Below are positions 25,301 to 39,600 of a stretch of 64,000 nt of DNA, in pieces. Under the pieces are notes generated by a model. That model was not told where the DNA came from. It did not search any database and saw only the letters and a list, made by a program, of their open reading frames with translations. The translations under genes were made by a program, and so were the position numbers. The stretch is from Squalus acanthias (lineage: Eukaryota), in contig JASTWF010000331.1 of NCBI GenBank assembly GCA_030390025.1, forward strand, positions 124,001 through 188,000, given 5' to 3'. Numbering within the stretch: position 1 is the first letter of the stretch; each line of letters opens with the position of its first letter.

Positions 25301-26792
25301 TAGTGGATGCGCTAGCTGTAATTTTCCAAAATTCCCTAGATTCGGGGAAGGTTCCATTAGATTGGAAAATAGCGAATGTAACTCCTTTATTCAAAAAGGG
25401 AGGGAGACAGAAAGCAGGAAACTACAGGCCAGTTAGCTTAACATCTATCATAGGGAAGATGTTAGAAGCTATTACTAAAAACGTTATAGCAGGGCACTTA
25501 GAAAAGTTGATGGTAATCAGGCAGAGTCAACATGGTTCTGTGAAAGGGAAATCATGTTTACCCATTCATTGGATGTCTTTGAGGAAGTAACATGTGCTGT
25601 GGATAAAGGGGAACCAGTGGATGTACTGTACCTGGATTTCCAAAAGGCATCTGATAAGGTGCCACATCAAAGGTTATTGCGGAAAATAAAAGCTCATTGT
25701 GTAGGGGGTAACATATTGGCATGGATAGAAGATTGGCTAGCTAACAGGAAACAGAGAGTAGGCATAAATGGGTCATTTTCTGATTGGCAAGATGTAACGA
25801 GTGGTGCGCCACAGGGATCAGTGCTGGGGCCTCAACATTTTACAATTTATATAAGTGACTTGGATGAAGGGACCGAAGGTATGGTTGCTAAATTTGCTGA
25901 TGACACAAAGATAGGTAGGAAAGTAAATAGTGAACAGGACATAAGGAGGCTACAAAGGGATATAGATAGTTTAAGTGAGTGGGCAAAGATCTGGCAAATG
26001 GGGTATAATGTGGGAAAATGTGAAGTTGTCCATTTTGGCAGGAAGAATAAAACAGCATATTATCTAATTGGTGAGAGATTGCAGAGGGATGTGGGTGTCC
26101 TAGTGCATGAATCGCAAAAGGTTAGTATGCAGATACAGCAAGTAATTAGGAAAGCTAATAGAATGTTATCGTTTATTGCGAGGGGAATTGAATACAAAAG
26201 TAGGGAGGTTATGCTTCAGTTATACAGGGCATTGGTGAGACCACATCTGGAGTACTGTGTACAGTATTGGTGGTCTTATTTAAGGAAGGATGTAAATGCG
26301 TTGGAAGCAGTTCAGAGAAGGTTTACTAGACTAATACCTGGAATGGGCAGGTTGTCTTATGAGGAAAGCTTGGACAGGCTAGGCTTGTATCCGCTGGAGT
26401 TTAGAAGAATAAGAGGTGACTTGATTGAAACATATAAGATCCTGAGGGGTCTGGACAGGGTGGGTGTGGAGAGGATGTTTCCTCTGGTGGGAGAATCTAG
26501 AACTAGGTCACTGTTTAAAAATAAGGGGTCGCCCATTTGAGAGATGAAGAGAATTGTTTTCTCAGAGGGTCATGAGTCTTTGGAACTCTCTTCCTCAGAG
26601 GGCGGTAGAAGCAGAGTCTTGGAATATTTTTTAAGGCAGAGTTAGATAGATTCTTGATCAGCAAGGGGGTGAAAGGTTATCGGGGGTAGGCGGGAATGTG
26701 GAGTAAGCAGATCAGTCATGATCTTATTGAATGGCGGAGCAGGCTCGAGGGGCCCAGTGGCCTACTCCTGCTCCTAATTCGTATGTATGTAT
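22400..26792 (+). mobile_element. Near full-length degenerate CR1 LINE, copy B
   Basis: ORF1 22805-23683, APE 23896-24998 (ETWL, YRPP, SDHN), RT 25554-26540 (FADD). Frameshifted. Confidence 0.95.
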
Positions 26793-26989
26793 TATTTATT
26801 GAGAGTTATATATGAAATATATTTGTGTGTCTGGTACTACCTTAACACGCAGTATAATATTGATATTATGGGGAACATAAAGGTCGGTTCTTTCCAAGTT
26901 GGTGCTGGTGGCGGGGAGACAGTCAATATCTGCTGGACTCTTGGATCAAACCCCTTCCAATCTTTAAGCATTCGGCCCACAGTGCTTGT

Positions 26990-28102
26990 GCCGGCTCTTT
27001 GAAAAGATGTCCAAACTAGTCCCACACCTCAGCTTTTTACCAGATAACCCTGCAAATTCATCCTCTTCAAGTACAGCTCCAATTGCCTTTTTGAAATTCC
27101 CACGGAATTTGTTGACATCAGTTTTTCAGGTGCTGCATTCCAGATCTTAAAACTCTGTACATCAAATTCTCCTCATTTCCCCTCCAGTTATTTTGCCAAT
27201 TATTTTAAAACTGTGACCGTTCGTTAACGCCCCACTTGCCAGAGGAAATATTTCTTCCTATTTGCTCGAACAAAAACCCTCACAATCTGGAATATCTCTA
27301 TTAGCTCTTCCCTTAACCTTCTCTGCTCTAAAGGCAACAATCCCAGCTTCTCCGATCTCTCCAAATAATTGAAGTCCGTCATCCCTGGTATCATCCTGGT
27401 AAACCACCTCTGTACCCTCTCCATGGCCTTGTCTTCCTTCTCAAAGTGCCCAGAATTGTACACAGTACTCCCACCTAACCAGTGATTTGTAATGTGTTAA
27501 CATTGACCTCCTTGTTTTTCTGTTCAATGCCCCATTTACAAAGCAGAATCTCCCACGCACTCTCTTAAAAGCCTTATCAACAAACCCAGCCACCTTCAAG
27601 GATTTGTGAAACTGCACCCCCAGATCCCTCTGCTATTGCACCCCCTCAAAATCCTAGTCAAGTCTGTTCACACTGATCCGCATTAAATAGCATCTGCCAT
27701 GTGTCTGCCCATTTCACCAGACTGTATGTCTTTCTAAAGTCTGCTACTATCCAGCTCACCATTTACAAGAGTCAATCTTTGTATCATCAGCAAACCTCGA
27801 AGGTCCACTCCCTATAACAAGGTCCAGCTCATTTAAAATATAAGAAACCAAAGGTCCCAATTCCGACCCCTGGATGACCCAATGCATCCTTTTCTCCAGT
27901 CAGAAAAACATCTGTTCACCACTGCTCTCTGCCTCCTATCACTCAGACAATTGAAAACCCAATTTACCACCGTCACTTTAATACCATGCGCATCTATTTT
28001 ACAAACAAGTCGGTTATGTGGCTCTTTTGCAAATGGATTTTGAAAGTCCATATATAAATCTACAGCACTCCCTTCATCAACCCTCTCTGTTACTTCATTT
28101 AC
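26990..28102 (-). mobile_element. Old CR1 RT/3' fragment (paralog of 11690-12812)
   Basis: ORFs 27224-27463 and 27833-28126 are CR1-like. Confidence 0.85.
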
Positions 28103-28269
28103 AATAAAACACACACAAGGATTCACTGTGACTGTGTTTAGAGACAGAAACTGATCTCACTTCACATTTTATTGCATGGGCTCAAGCTGGAGAATTGTGC
28201 TCGGTGGGCAGACAGTCCCACTCTCATTCTCACCAATACCTGCCTCACCTTGTGTCCTTTTTGTACTGT

Positions 28270-28916
28270 CTCCAGGAGCAGTGTGTATCTGAGTCAATGG
28301 GACTCTCTCTGACCTTTCTCCCGGTCCATCTCCAGGACCAGTGTGTATCTGAGTCAATGGGACTCTCTGACCTTTCTCCCCAGTCCATCTCCAGGAACAG
28401 TGTGTATCTGAGTCAATTGGACTCTCTCTCACCTTGCTCCCCAGTCCATCTCCTGGACCAGGGTGTATCTGAGTCAATGGGACTCTCTCTGACCTTTCTC
28501 CCCAGTCCATCTCCAGGACCAGTGTGTATCTGAGTCAATGGGACTCTCTCTGACCTCTCTGCCCAGTCCATCTCCAGGACCAGTGTGTATCTGAGTCAAT
28601 GGGACTCTCTCTGACCTCTCTGCCCGGTCCATCTGCAGGACCAGTGTGTATCTGAGTCAATGGGACTCTCTGACCTTTCTCCCCAGTCCATCTCCAGGCC
28701 CAGTGTGTATCTGAGTCAATGGGACTCTCTCTCACCTCTCTGCCCGGTCCATCTGCAGGACCAGTGTGTATCTGAGTCAATGGGACTCTCTGACCTTTCT
28801 CCCCAGTCCATCTCCAGGCCCAGTGTGTATCTGAGTCAATGGGACTCTCTCTGACCTTTCTCCCCAGTCCATCTCCAGGACCAGTGTGTATCTGAGTCAA
28901 TGGGACTCTCTCTCAC
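28270..28916. repeat. 59-61-bp minisatellite, ~11 copies
   Basis: Same unit as 12955-13304. Confidence 0.95.
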
Positions 28917-29076
28917 CTTGCTCCGCAGTCGATCTCTGGAAGCTCTTTGAATCGGAAGGTTTCTCTCTGGTTGGTGTTCTCACAATCCTGTGCTGGTTCA
29001 CCTGCTGTTGTTCCTCAGTCAACAATCACTGTTTAATTCCAGCTTTGCACAATCGTTCCATGATTCAGCGGGAGAT
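28917..29076 (-). other. Candidate non-coding exon (160 nt), copy 4
   Basis: Same acceptor, AAG|GTGAGA donor and a small internal deletion. Confidence 0.5.
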
Positions 29077-29269
29077 CTAATTATTGCAGAGCAGAAAATG
29101 AGAATATTGATTGAAAGCCTGAAATAATGTAATGCAGACTTTTTATCTGCTTACTAAAAATTAAATTTGAAGGCCGAGTACTTGTTTGATTTTGTCCCTT
29201 TCCTCAGATCACCAGTTCCGGGGCTGTGTGTTTAGTTTGGAGATTTTCCTCACAGGAAATTTGCTGACA

Positions 29270-30260
29270 AGCTCTGGGCGGAAATGCGCCATTTTCTGTC
29301 CAAACTGCCTGAAGCCACCGCGCCCTCCACCCCCGGCCCAGCCCCTGTATTGTGAGCCGGTTCTGCTCATTCCCCGGGAGCTGATGCTGACAGGAATCTC
29401 CCCTCCGTTACAAACCGGGCCTGTTCCACTTTAACCTCCCTCCCTGTGATAAAACATTAGAACTCAGACTCCCCCATTCTCACTGCTGTAGACGGAAATG
29501 CGCCATTTTCTCTGCGGTTACTAACCGGAGTGAGAGACTGTGAAGCCCCTCCGTCCCTCGCTGTGATCTGAACTCTGGGCCGTGAGCTGAATGGAGCCGA
29601 GTTCCCTCAGTCACAGAGCGCGGCCCCTGTAACCCGGGCAACCATCCTGTTTCTGACCGTCACTCACACACCGGCCCGCGCCGCCCGGCCCCGCCCCGCA
29701 CACAGCAAACCCCGCCCACTGGACACAGCAAACCCCGCCCACTGGACACAGCAAACCCCGCCCACTGGACCCAGCAAACCCCGCCCACTGGACCCAGCAA
29801 ACCCCGGATCACCAAACCCCGCCCACTGGTCCCAGCAAACCCCGCCCACTGGACCCAGCAAACCCCGCCCACTGGACCCAGCAAACCCCGGTCACCAAAC
29901 CCCGCCCACTGCCCACCGCAAACCCCGCCCACTGGACCCAGCAAACCCCGCCCACTGGACCCAGCAAACCCCGGATCACCAAACCCCGCCCACTGGTCCC
30001 AGCAAACCCCGCCCACTGGACCCAGCAAACCCCGCCCACTGGACCCAGCAAACCCCGGTCACCAAACCCCGCCCACTGCCCACCGCAAACCCCGCCCACT
30101 GCCCACCGCAAACCCCGCCCACTGCCCCCAGCAAACCCCGCCCACCGCCCCGAGGAAACCCCGCCCACTTACCCCTGCAAACCCCGCCCACTGCCCCCAG
30201 CAAACCCCGGATCAGCAAACCCCGCCCACTGCACATCCCCGGATCAGCAAGGGAGAGCAA
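29270..30260 (-). promoter_or_regulatory. Promoter cassette P4 with expanded GC-box array
   Basis: CGGTTACTAACCG at 29515-29527. Tandem 23-bp CAGCAAACCCCGCCCACTGGACC units at ~29700-30240. Confidence 0.6.
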
Positions 30261-30268
30261 GGGCGCAC

Positions 30269-30629
30269 GACCCTTCTGCCACTGGGATGAGCTACCCTTT
30301 ACCCCGACTCTCTGCTTTCTGTCCTGAAGCCAGCCAGCAATTCATTCTGCGACTTGTCCCCTGACTCCACATTCTCTGACCTTCTTCATCAGTCTATTGT
30401 GGGGTAGCTTTTCGAAGACCTTTTGAAAAATCTAGATAAATTACATCTACTGCATTATCATTGTCTACTCTCTCTGTGACCTCTTCAAGCATTCAATGAG
30501 GTTGGTCAAGCAAGAATTTCCCTTTTGAAATCCACGCTGACTATTCATTCCTATGATTTGGTTTCTCGACCTTCTCCTTGCGTTGGGATTCCAATGCTTT
30601 TCCTACCACCGATGTTAATCTGACTGGTC
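30269..30629 (-). mobile_element. CR1 RT fragment, inner end of left arm
   Basis: PVRLTSVVGK. Reverse complement of ~44789-45151. Confidence 0.85.
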
Positions 30630-33600
30630 CCCAAATCCCCATTAACTGGTGCTCTCCCCCAATTACCCATTTACTGGTGCTCTCCCTCAATTCCCCATTT
30701 ACTGGTGCTCTCCCCCAATTCTCCAGGTACTGGTGCTCTCCCCCAATTCCCCATTTCCTGGTGCTCTCTCCTCCAATTCCCCAGGTACTGGTGCTCTCTC
30801 CCCCAATTCCCCATTTACTGGTGCTCTCTCCCCCAATTCCCCAGGTACTGGTGCTCTCTCCCAATTCCCCAGGTACTGGTGCTCTCTCCCAATTCCCCAT
30901 TTACTGGTGCTCTCCCCCAATTCCCCATTTACTGGTGCTCTCTCTCCCAATTCCCCAGGTACTGGTGCTCTCCCCCAATTCCCCATTTACTGGTGCTCTC
31001 TCTCCCAATTCCCCATTTACTGGTGCTCTCCCCCAATTCCCCAGGTACTGGTGCTCTCTCTCCCAATTCCCCATTTACTGGTGCTCTCTCTCCCAATTCC
31101 CCATTTACTGGTGTCTCTCCCAATTCCCCATTTACTGGTGCTCTCCCCCAATTCCCCATTTACTGGTGCTCTCTCTCCCAATTCCCCATTTACTGGTGCT
31201 CTCTCCCAATTCTCCATTTACTGGTGCTCTCCCCCAATTCCCCATTTACTGGTGTTCTCCCCCAATTCCCCATTTACTGGTGCTCTCTCCCCCAATTCCC
31301 CATTTACTGGTGCTCTCCCCCAATTCCCCATTTACTGGTGCTCTCTCCCAATTCTCCATTTACTGGTGCTCTCTCTCCCAATTCCCCATTTACTGGTGCT
31401 CTCTCCCCCAATTCCCCATTTACTGATGCTCTCCCCCCAATTCCCCATTTACTGGTGCTCTCTCCCAATTCCCCATTTACTGGTGCTCTCCCCCAATTCC
31501 CCATTTACTGGTGCTCTCCCCCAATTCCCCATTTACTGGTGCTCTCTCCCCCAATTCCCCATTTACTGGTGCTCTCTCCCAATTCCCCATTTACTGGTGC
31601 TCTCCCCCAATTCCCCATTTACTGGTGCTCTCTCCCCCAATTCCCCAGGTACTGGTGCTCTCCCCCAATTCCCCATTTACTGGTGCTCTCTCCCAATTCC
31701 CCATTTACTGGTGCTCTCCCCCAATTCCCCATTTACTGGTGCTCTCTCCCCCAATTCCCCATTTACTGGTGCTCTCTCCCAATTCCCCATTTACTGGTGC
31801 TCTCCCCCAATTCCCCATTTACTGGTGCTCTCTCCCCCAATTCCCCAGGTACTGGTGCTCTCCCCCAATTCCCCATTTACTGGTGCTCTCTCCCAATTCC
31901 CCATTTACTGGTGTTCTCCCCCAATTCCCCAGGTACTGGTGCTCTCTCCCAATTCCCCATTTACTGGTGCTCTCTCCCCCAATTCCCCATTTACTGGTGT
32001 TCTCCCCCAATTCCCCATTTACTGGTGCTCTCTCCCAATTCCCCATTTACTGGTGTTCTCCCCCAATTCCCCAGGTACTGGTGCTCTCTCCCAATTCCCC
32101 ATTTACTGGTGCTCTCTCCCCCAATTCCCCATTTACTGGTGCTCTCCCCCAATTCCCCATTTACTGGTGCTCTCTCTCCCAATTCCCCAGGTACTGGTGC
32201 TCTCTCTCCCAATTCCCCATTTACTGGTGTTCTCCCCCAATTCCCCAGGTACTGGTGCTCTCTCTCCCAATTCCCCATTTACTGGTGCTCTCTCTCCCAA
32301 TTCCCCATTTACTGGTGCTCTCTCCCCCAATTCCCCAGGTACTGGTGCTCTCTCCCAATTCCCCAGGTACTGGTGCTCTCTCCCAATTCCCCAGGTACTG
32401 GTGCTCTCTCCCAATTCCCCAGGTACTGGTGCTCTCTCCCAATTCCCCAGGTACTGGTGCTCTCTCCCAATTCCCCAGGTACTGGTGCTCTCTCCCAATT
32501 CCCCAGGTACTGGTGCTCTCTCCCCCAATTCCCCATTTACTGGTGCTCTCTCCCAATTCCCCAGGTACTGGTGCTCTCCCCCAATTCCCCATTTACTGGT
32601 GCTCTCCCCCAATTCCCCATTCACTGGTGCTCTCTCCCAATTCCCCATTTACTGGTGCTCTCTCCCAATTCCCCATTTACTGGTGCTCTCCCCCAATTCC
32701 CCAGGTACTGGTGCTCTCCCCCAATTCCCCATTTACTGGTGCTCTCCCCCAATTCCCCATTTACTGGTGCTCCCTCCCCCAATTCCCCATTTACTGGTGC
32801 TCTCTCCCCCAATTCCCCATTTACTGGTGCTCTCCCCCAATTCCCCATTTACTGGTGCTCTCCCCCAATTCCCCATTTACTGGTGCTCTCTCCCAATTCC
32901 CCATTTACTGGTGCTCTCCCCCAATTCCCCATTTACTGGTGCTCTCTCCCCCAATTCCCCATTTACTGGTGCTCTCCCCCAATTCCCCATTTACTGGTGC
33001 TCTCCCCCAATTCCCCATTTACTGGTGCTCTCTCCCAATTCCCCATTTACTGGTGCTCTCTCCCAATTCCCCATTTACTGGTGCTCTCCCCCAATTCCCC
33101 ATTTACTGGTGTCTCTCCCCCAATTCCCCATTTACTGGTGCTCTCTCCCAATTCCCCATTTACTGGTGCTCTCCCCCAATTCCCCATTTACTGGTGCTCT
33201 CTCCCCCAATTCCCCATTTACTGGTGCTCTCCCCCAATTCCCCATTTACTGGTGCTCTCCCCCAATTCCCCAGGTACTGGTGCTCTCCCCCAATTCCCCA
33301 GGTACTGGTGCTCTCTCTCCCAATTCCCCATTTACTGGTGCTCTCCCCCAATTCCCCAGGTACTGGTGCTCTCTCTCCCAATTCCCCATTTACTGGTGCT
33401 CTCCCCCAATTCCCCAGGTACTGGTGCTCTCTCTCCCAATTCCCCAGGTACTGGTGCTCTCTCTCCCAATTCCCCATTTACTGGTGCTCTCCCCCAATTC
33501 CCCATTTACTGGTGCTCTCTCTCCCAATTCCCCAGGTACGTGCTCTCTCTCCCAATTCTCCATTTACTGGTGCTCTCCCCCAATTCCCCATTTACTGGTG

Positions 33601-36600
33601 CTCTCTCCCAATTCCCCATTTACTGGTGCTCTCTCCCCCAATTCCCCATTTACTGGTGCTCTCCCCCAATTCCCCATTTACTGGTGCTCTCCCCCAATTC
33701 CCCATTTACTGGTGCTCTCCCCCAATTCCCCAGGTACTGGTGCTCTCTCTCCCAATTCCCCATTTACTGGTGCTCTCCCCCAATTCCCCAGGTACTGGTG
33801 CTCTCTCTCCCAATTCCCCATTTACTGGTGCTCTCTCCCCCAATTCCCCAGGTACTGGTGCTCTCTCCCCCAATTCCCCAGGTACTGGTGCTCACCCCCA
33901 ATTCCCCATTTACTGGTGCTCTCTCTCCCAATTCCCCAGGTACTGGTGCTCTCTCCCAATTCCCCATTTACTGGTGCTCTCCCCCAATTCCCCAGGTACT
34001 GGTGCTCTCCCCCAATTCCCCATTTACTGGTGCTCTCCCCCAATTCCCCATTTACTGGTGCTCTCTCCCCCAATTCCCCAGGTACTGGTGCTCTCTCTCC
34101 CAATTCCCCATTTACTGGTGCTCTCTCCCCCAATTCCCCAGGTACTGGTGCTCTCCCCCAATTCCCCATTTACTGGTGCTCTCTCCCCCAATTCCCCAGG
34201 TACTGGTGCTCTCTCCCCCAATTCCCCATTTACTGGTGCTCTCTCCCCAATTCCCCATTTACTGGTGCTCTCTCCCCCAATTCCCCATTTACTGGTGCTC
34301 TCCCCCAATTCCCCATTTACTGGTGCTCTCTCCCAATTCCCCATTTACTGGTGCTCTCCCCCAATTCCCCAGGTCCTGGTGCTCTCCCCCAATTCCCCAG
34401 GTACTGGTGCTCTCCCCCAATTCCCCATTTACTGGTGCTCTCCCCCAATTCCCCATTTACTGGTGCTCTCCCCCAATTCCCCATTTACTGGTGCTCTCCC
34501 CCAATTCCCCATTTACTGGTGCTCTCCCCCAATTCCCCATTTACTGGTGCTCTCTCTCCCAATTCCCCATTTACTGGTGCTCTCTCCCAATTCCCCATTT
34601 ACTGGTGCTCTCTCCCCCAATTCCCCAGGTACTGGTGCTCTCCCCCAATTCCCCATTTACTGGTGCTCTCTCCCCAATTCCCCATTTACTGGTGCTCTCT
34701 CCCCCAATTCCCCATTTACTGGTGCTCTCTCCCAATTCCCCATTTACTGGTGCTCTCCCCCAATTCCCCATTTACTGGTGCTCTCCCCCAATTCCCCATT
34801 TACTGGTGCTCTCCCCCAATTCCCCATTTACTGGTGCTCTCCCCCAATTCCCCATTTACTGGTGCTCTCCCCCAATTCCCCAGGTACTGGTGCTCTCTCC
34901 CCCAATTCCCCATTTACTGGTGCTCTCTCCCCCAATTCCCCAGGTACTGGTGCTCTCTCCCAATTCCCCATTTACTGGTGCTCTCTCTCCCAATTCCCCA
35001 TTTACTGGTGCTCTCCCCCAATTCCCCATTTACTGGTGCTCTCCCCCAATTCCCCATTCACTGGTGCTCTCTCCCAATTCCCCATTTACTGGTGCTCTCT
35101 CCCAATTCCCCATTTACTGGTGCTCTCCCCCAATTCCCCAGGTACTGGTGCTCTCCCCCAATTCCCCATTTACTGGTGCTCTCCCCCAATTCCCCATTTA
35201 CTGGTGCTCCCTCCCCCAATTCCCCATTTACTGGTGCTCTCTCCCCCAATTCCCCATTTACTGGTGCTCTCCCCCAATTCCCCATTTACTGGTGCTCTCC
35301 CCCAATTCCCCATTTACTGGTGCTCTCTCCCAATTCCCCATTTACTGGTGCTCTCTCCCAATTCCCCATTTACTGGTGCTCTCCCCCAATTCCCCATTTA
35401 CTGGTGTCTCTCCCCCAATTCCCCATTTACTGGTGCTCTCTCCCAATTCCCCATTTACTGGTGCTCTCCCCCAATTCCCCATTTACTGGTGCTCTCTCCC
35501 CCAATTCCCCATTTACTGGTGCTCTCCCCCAATTCCCCATTTACTGGTGCTCTCCCCCAATTCCCCAGGTACTGGTGCTCTCCCCCAATTCCCCAGGTAC
35601 TGGTGCTCTCTCTCCCAATTCCCCATTTACTGGTGCTCTCCCCCAATTCCCCATTTACTGGTGCTCTCCCCCAATTCCCCATTTACTGGTGCTCTCTCCC
35701 CCAATTCCCCATTTACTGGTGCTCTCTCCCCCAATTCCCCAGGTACTGGTGCTCTCTCTCCCAATTCCCCATTTACTGGTGCTCTCCCCCAATTCCCCAG
35801 GTACTGGTGCTCTCTCTCCCAATTCCCCAGGTACTGGTGCTCTCTCTCCCAATTCCCCATTTACTGGTGCTCTCCCCCAATTCCCCATTTACTGGTGCTC
35901 TCTCTCCCAATTCCCCAGGTACGTGCTCTCTCTCCCAATTCTCCATTTACTGGTGCTCTCCCCCAATTCCCCATTTACTGGTGCTCTCTCCCAATTCCCC
36001 ATTTACTGGTGCTCTCTCCCCCAATTCCCCATTTACTGGTGCTCTCCCCCAATTCCCCATTTACTGGTGCTCTCCCCCAATTCCCCATTTACTGGTGCTC
36101 TCCCCCAATTCCCCAGGTACTGGTGCTCTCTCTCCCAATTCCCCATTTACTGGTGCTCTCCCCCAATTCCCCAGGTACTGGTGCTCTCTCTCCCAATTCC
36201 CCATTTACTGGTGCTCTCTCCCCAATTCCCCAGGTACTGGTGCTCTCTCCCCCAATTCCCCAGGTACTGGTGCTCACCCCCAATTCCCCATTTACTGGTG
36301 CTCTCTCTCCCAATTCCCCAGGTACTGGTGCTCTCTCCCAATTCCCCATTTACTGGTGCTCTCCCCCAATTCCCCAGGTACTGGTGCTCTCCCCCAATTC
36401 CCCATTTACTGGTGCTCTCCCCCAATTCCCCATTTACTGGTGCTCTCTCCCCCAATTCCCCAGGTACTGGTGCTCTCTCTCCCAATTCCCCATTTACTGG
36501 TGCTCTCTCCCCCAATTCCCCAGGTACTGGTGCTCTCCCCCAATTCCCCATTTACTGGTGCTCTCTCCCCCAATTCCCCAGGTACTGGTGCTCTCTCCCC

Positions 36601-39600
36601 CAATTCCCCATTTACTGGTGCTCTCTCCCCAATTCCCCATTTACTGGTGCTCTCTCCCCCAATTCCCCATTTACTGGTGCTCTCCCCCAAATCCCCATTT
36701 ACTGGTGCTCTCTCCCAATTCCCCATTTACTGGTGCTCTCCCCCAATTCCCCAGGTACTGGTGCTCTCCCCCAATTCCCCAGGTACTGGTGCTCTCCCCC
36801 AATTCCCCATTTACTGGTGCTCTCCCCCAATTCCCCATTTACTGGTGCTCTCCCCCAATTCCCCATTTACTGGTGCTCTCCCCCAATTCCCCATTTACTG
36901 GTGCTCTCTCCCCAATTCCCCATTTACTGGTGCTCTCTCCCCCAATTCCCCATTTACTGGTGCTCTCCCCCAATTCCCCATTTACTGGTGCTCTCTCTCC
37001 CAATTCCCCATTTACTGGTGCTCTCTCCCAATTCCCCATTTACTGGTGCTCTCTCCCCCAATTCCCCAGGTACTGGTGCTCTCCCCCAATTCCCCATTTA
37101 CTGGTGCTCTCTCCCCAATTCCCCATTTACTGGTGCTCTCTCCCCCAATTCCCCATTTACTGGTGCTCTCTCCCAATTCCCCATTTACTGGTGCTCTCCC
37201 CCAATTCCCCATTTACTGGTGCTCTCCCCCAATTCCCCATTTACTGGTGCTCTCCCCCAATTCCCCATTTACTGGTGCTCTCCCCCAATTCCCCATTTAC
37301 TGGTGCTCTCCCCCAATTCCCCAGGTACTGGTGCTCTCTCCCCCAATTCCCCATTTACTGGTGCTCTCTCCCCCAATTCCCCAGGTACTGGTGCTCTCCC
37401 CCAATTCCCCATTTACTGGTGCTCTCCCCCAATTCCCCATTTACTGGTGCTCTCTCCCCCAATTCCCCATTTACTGGTGTCTCCCCCAATTCCCCATTTA
37501 CTGGTGCTCTCTCTCCCAATTCCCCAGGTACTGGTGCTCTCTCCCAATTCCCCATTTACTGGTGCTCTCCCCCAATTCCCCATTTACTGGTGCTCTCTCC
37601 CCCAATTCCCCAGGTACTGGTGCTCTCCCCCAATTCCCCATTTACTGGTGCTCTCCCCCAATTCCCCATTTACTGGTGCTCTCCCCCAATTCCCCAGGTA
37701 CTGGTGCTCTCCCCCAATTCCCCATTTACTGGTGCTCTCTCCCCCAATTCCCCAGGTACTGGTGCTCTCTCCCAATTCCCCATTTACTGGTGCTCTCTCC
37801 CCCAATTCCCCAGGTACTGGTGCTCTCCCCCAATTCCCCATTTACTGGTGTCTACCCCAATTCCCCATTTACTGGTGCTCTCTCCCAATTCCCCATTTAC
37901 TGGTGCTCTCTCCCAATTCCCCATTTACTGGTGCTCTCCCCCAATTCCCCATTTACTGGTGCTCTCTCTCCCAATTCCCCATTTACTGGTGCTCTCTCCC
38001 CCAATTCCCCATTTACTGGTGCTCTCTCTCCCAATTCCCCAGATACTGGTGCTCTCCCCCAATTCCCCATTTACTGGTGCTCTCTCCCAATTCCCCATTT
38101 ACTGGTGCTCTCTCCCAATTCCCCAGGTACTGGTGCTCTCTCTCCCAATTCCCCATTTACTGGTGCTCTCCCCCAATTCCCCATTTACTGGTGCTCTCCC
38201 CCAATTCCCCATTTACTGGTGCTCTCCCCCAATTCCCCATTTACTGGTGCTCTCTCCCAATTCCCCATTTACTGGTGCTCTCTCCCCCAATTCCCCATTT
38301 ACTGGTGCTCTCCCCCAATTCCCCAGGTACTGGTGCTCTCTCCCAATTCCCCATTTACTGGTGCTCTCTCCCCCAATTCCCCATTTACTGGTGCTCTCTC
38401 CCAATTCCCCATTTACTGGTGCTCTCTCCCCCAATTCCCCATTTACTGGTGCTCTCTCCCCCAATTCCCCATTTACTGGTGCTCTCTCCCAATTCCCCAT
38501 TTACTGGTGCTCTCTCCCCCAATTCCCCATTTACTGGTGCTCTCTCCCCCAATTCCCCATTTACTGGTGCTCTCTCCCAATTCCCCATTTACTGGTGCTC
38601 TCTCCCCCAATTCCCCATTTACTGGTGCTCTCTCCCCCAATTCCCCATTTACTGGTGCTCTCTCCCCCAATTCCCCACTTACTGGTGCTCTCCCCCAATT
38701 CCCCATTTACTGGTGCTCTCTCCCCCAATTCCCCATTTACTGGTGCTCTCTCCCCCAATTCTCCATTTACTGGTGCTCTCTCTCCCAATTCCCCATTTAC
38801 TGGTGCTCTCTCCCAATTCCCCAGGTACTGGTGCTCTCCCCCAATTCCCCATTTACTGGTGCTCTCCCCCAATTCCCCATTTACTGGTGCTCTCCCCCAA
38901 TTCCCCATTTACTGGTGCTCTCCCCCAATTCCTCATTTACTGGTGCTCTCTCCCAATTCCCCATTTACTGGTGCTCTCTCCCAATTCCCCATTTACTGGT
39001 GCTCTCTCCCAATTCCGCAGGTACTGGTGCTCTCTCTCCCAATTCCCCATTTACTGGTGCTCTCCCCCAATTCCCCAGGTACTGGTGCTCTCTCCCAATT
39101 CCCCATTTACTGGTGCTCTCTCTCCCAATTCCCCATTTACTGGTGCTCTCCCCCAATTCCCCATTCACTGGTGCTCTCTCCCAATTCCCCATTTACTGGT
39201 GCTCTCTCCCCCAATTCCCCATTTACTGGTGCTCTCCCCCAATTCCCCAGGTACTGGTGCTCTCCCCCAATTCCCCAGGTACTGGTGCTCTCCCCCAATT
39301 CCCCATTTACTGGTGCTCTCTCCCAATTCCCCATTTACTGGTGCTCTCTCCCAATTCCCCATTTACTGGTGCTCTCTCCCAATTCCCCATTTACTGGTGC
39401 TCTCTCCCAATTCCCCATTTACTGGTGCTCTCCCCCAATTCCCCATTTACTGGTGCTCTCCCCCAATTCCCCATTTACTGGTGCTCTCACCCCCAATTCC
39501 CCATTTACTGGTGCTCTCCCCCAATTCCCCATTTACTGGTGCTCTCTCCCAATTCCCCATTTACTGGTGCTCTCCCCCAATTCCCCATTTACTGGTGCTC

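Noticed and set aside
22805..26540. Active CR1 element
   Set aside because: ORF1 and ORF2 are broken by several frameshifts, stops and deletions in all copies.
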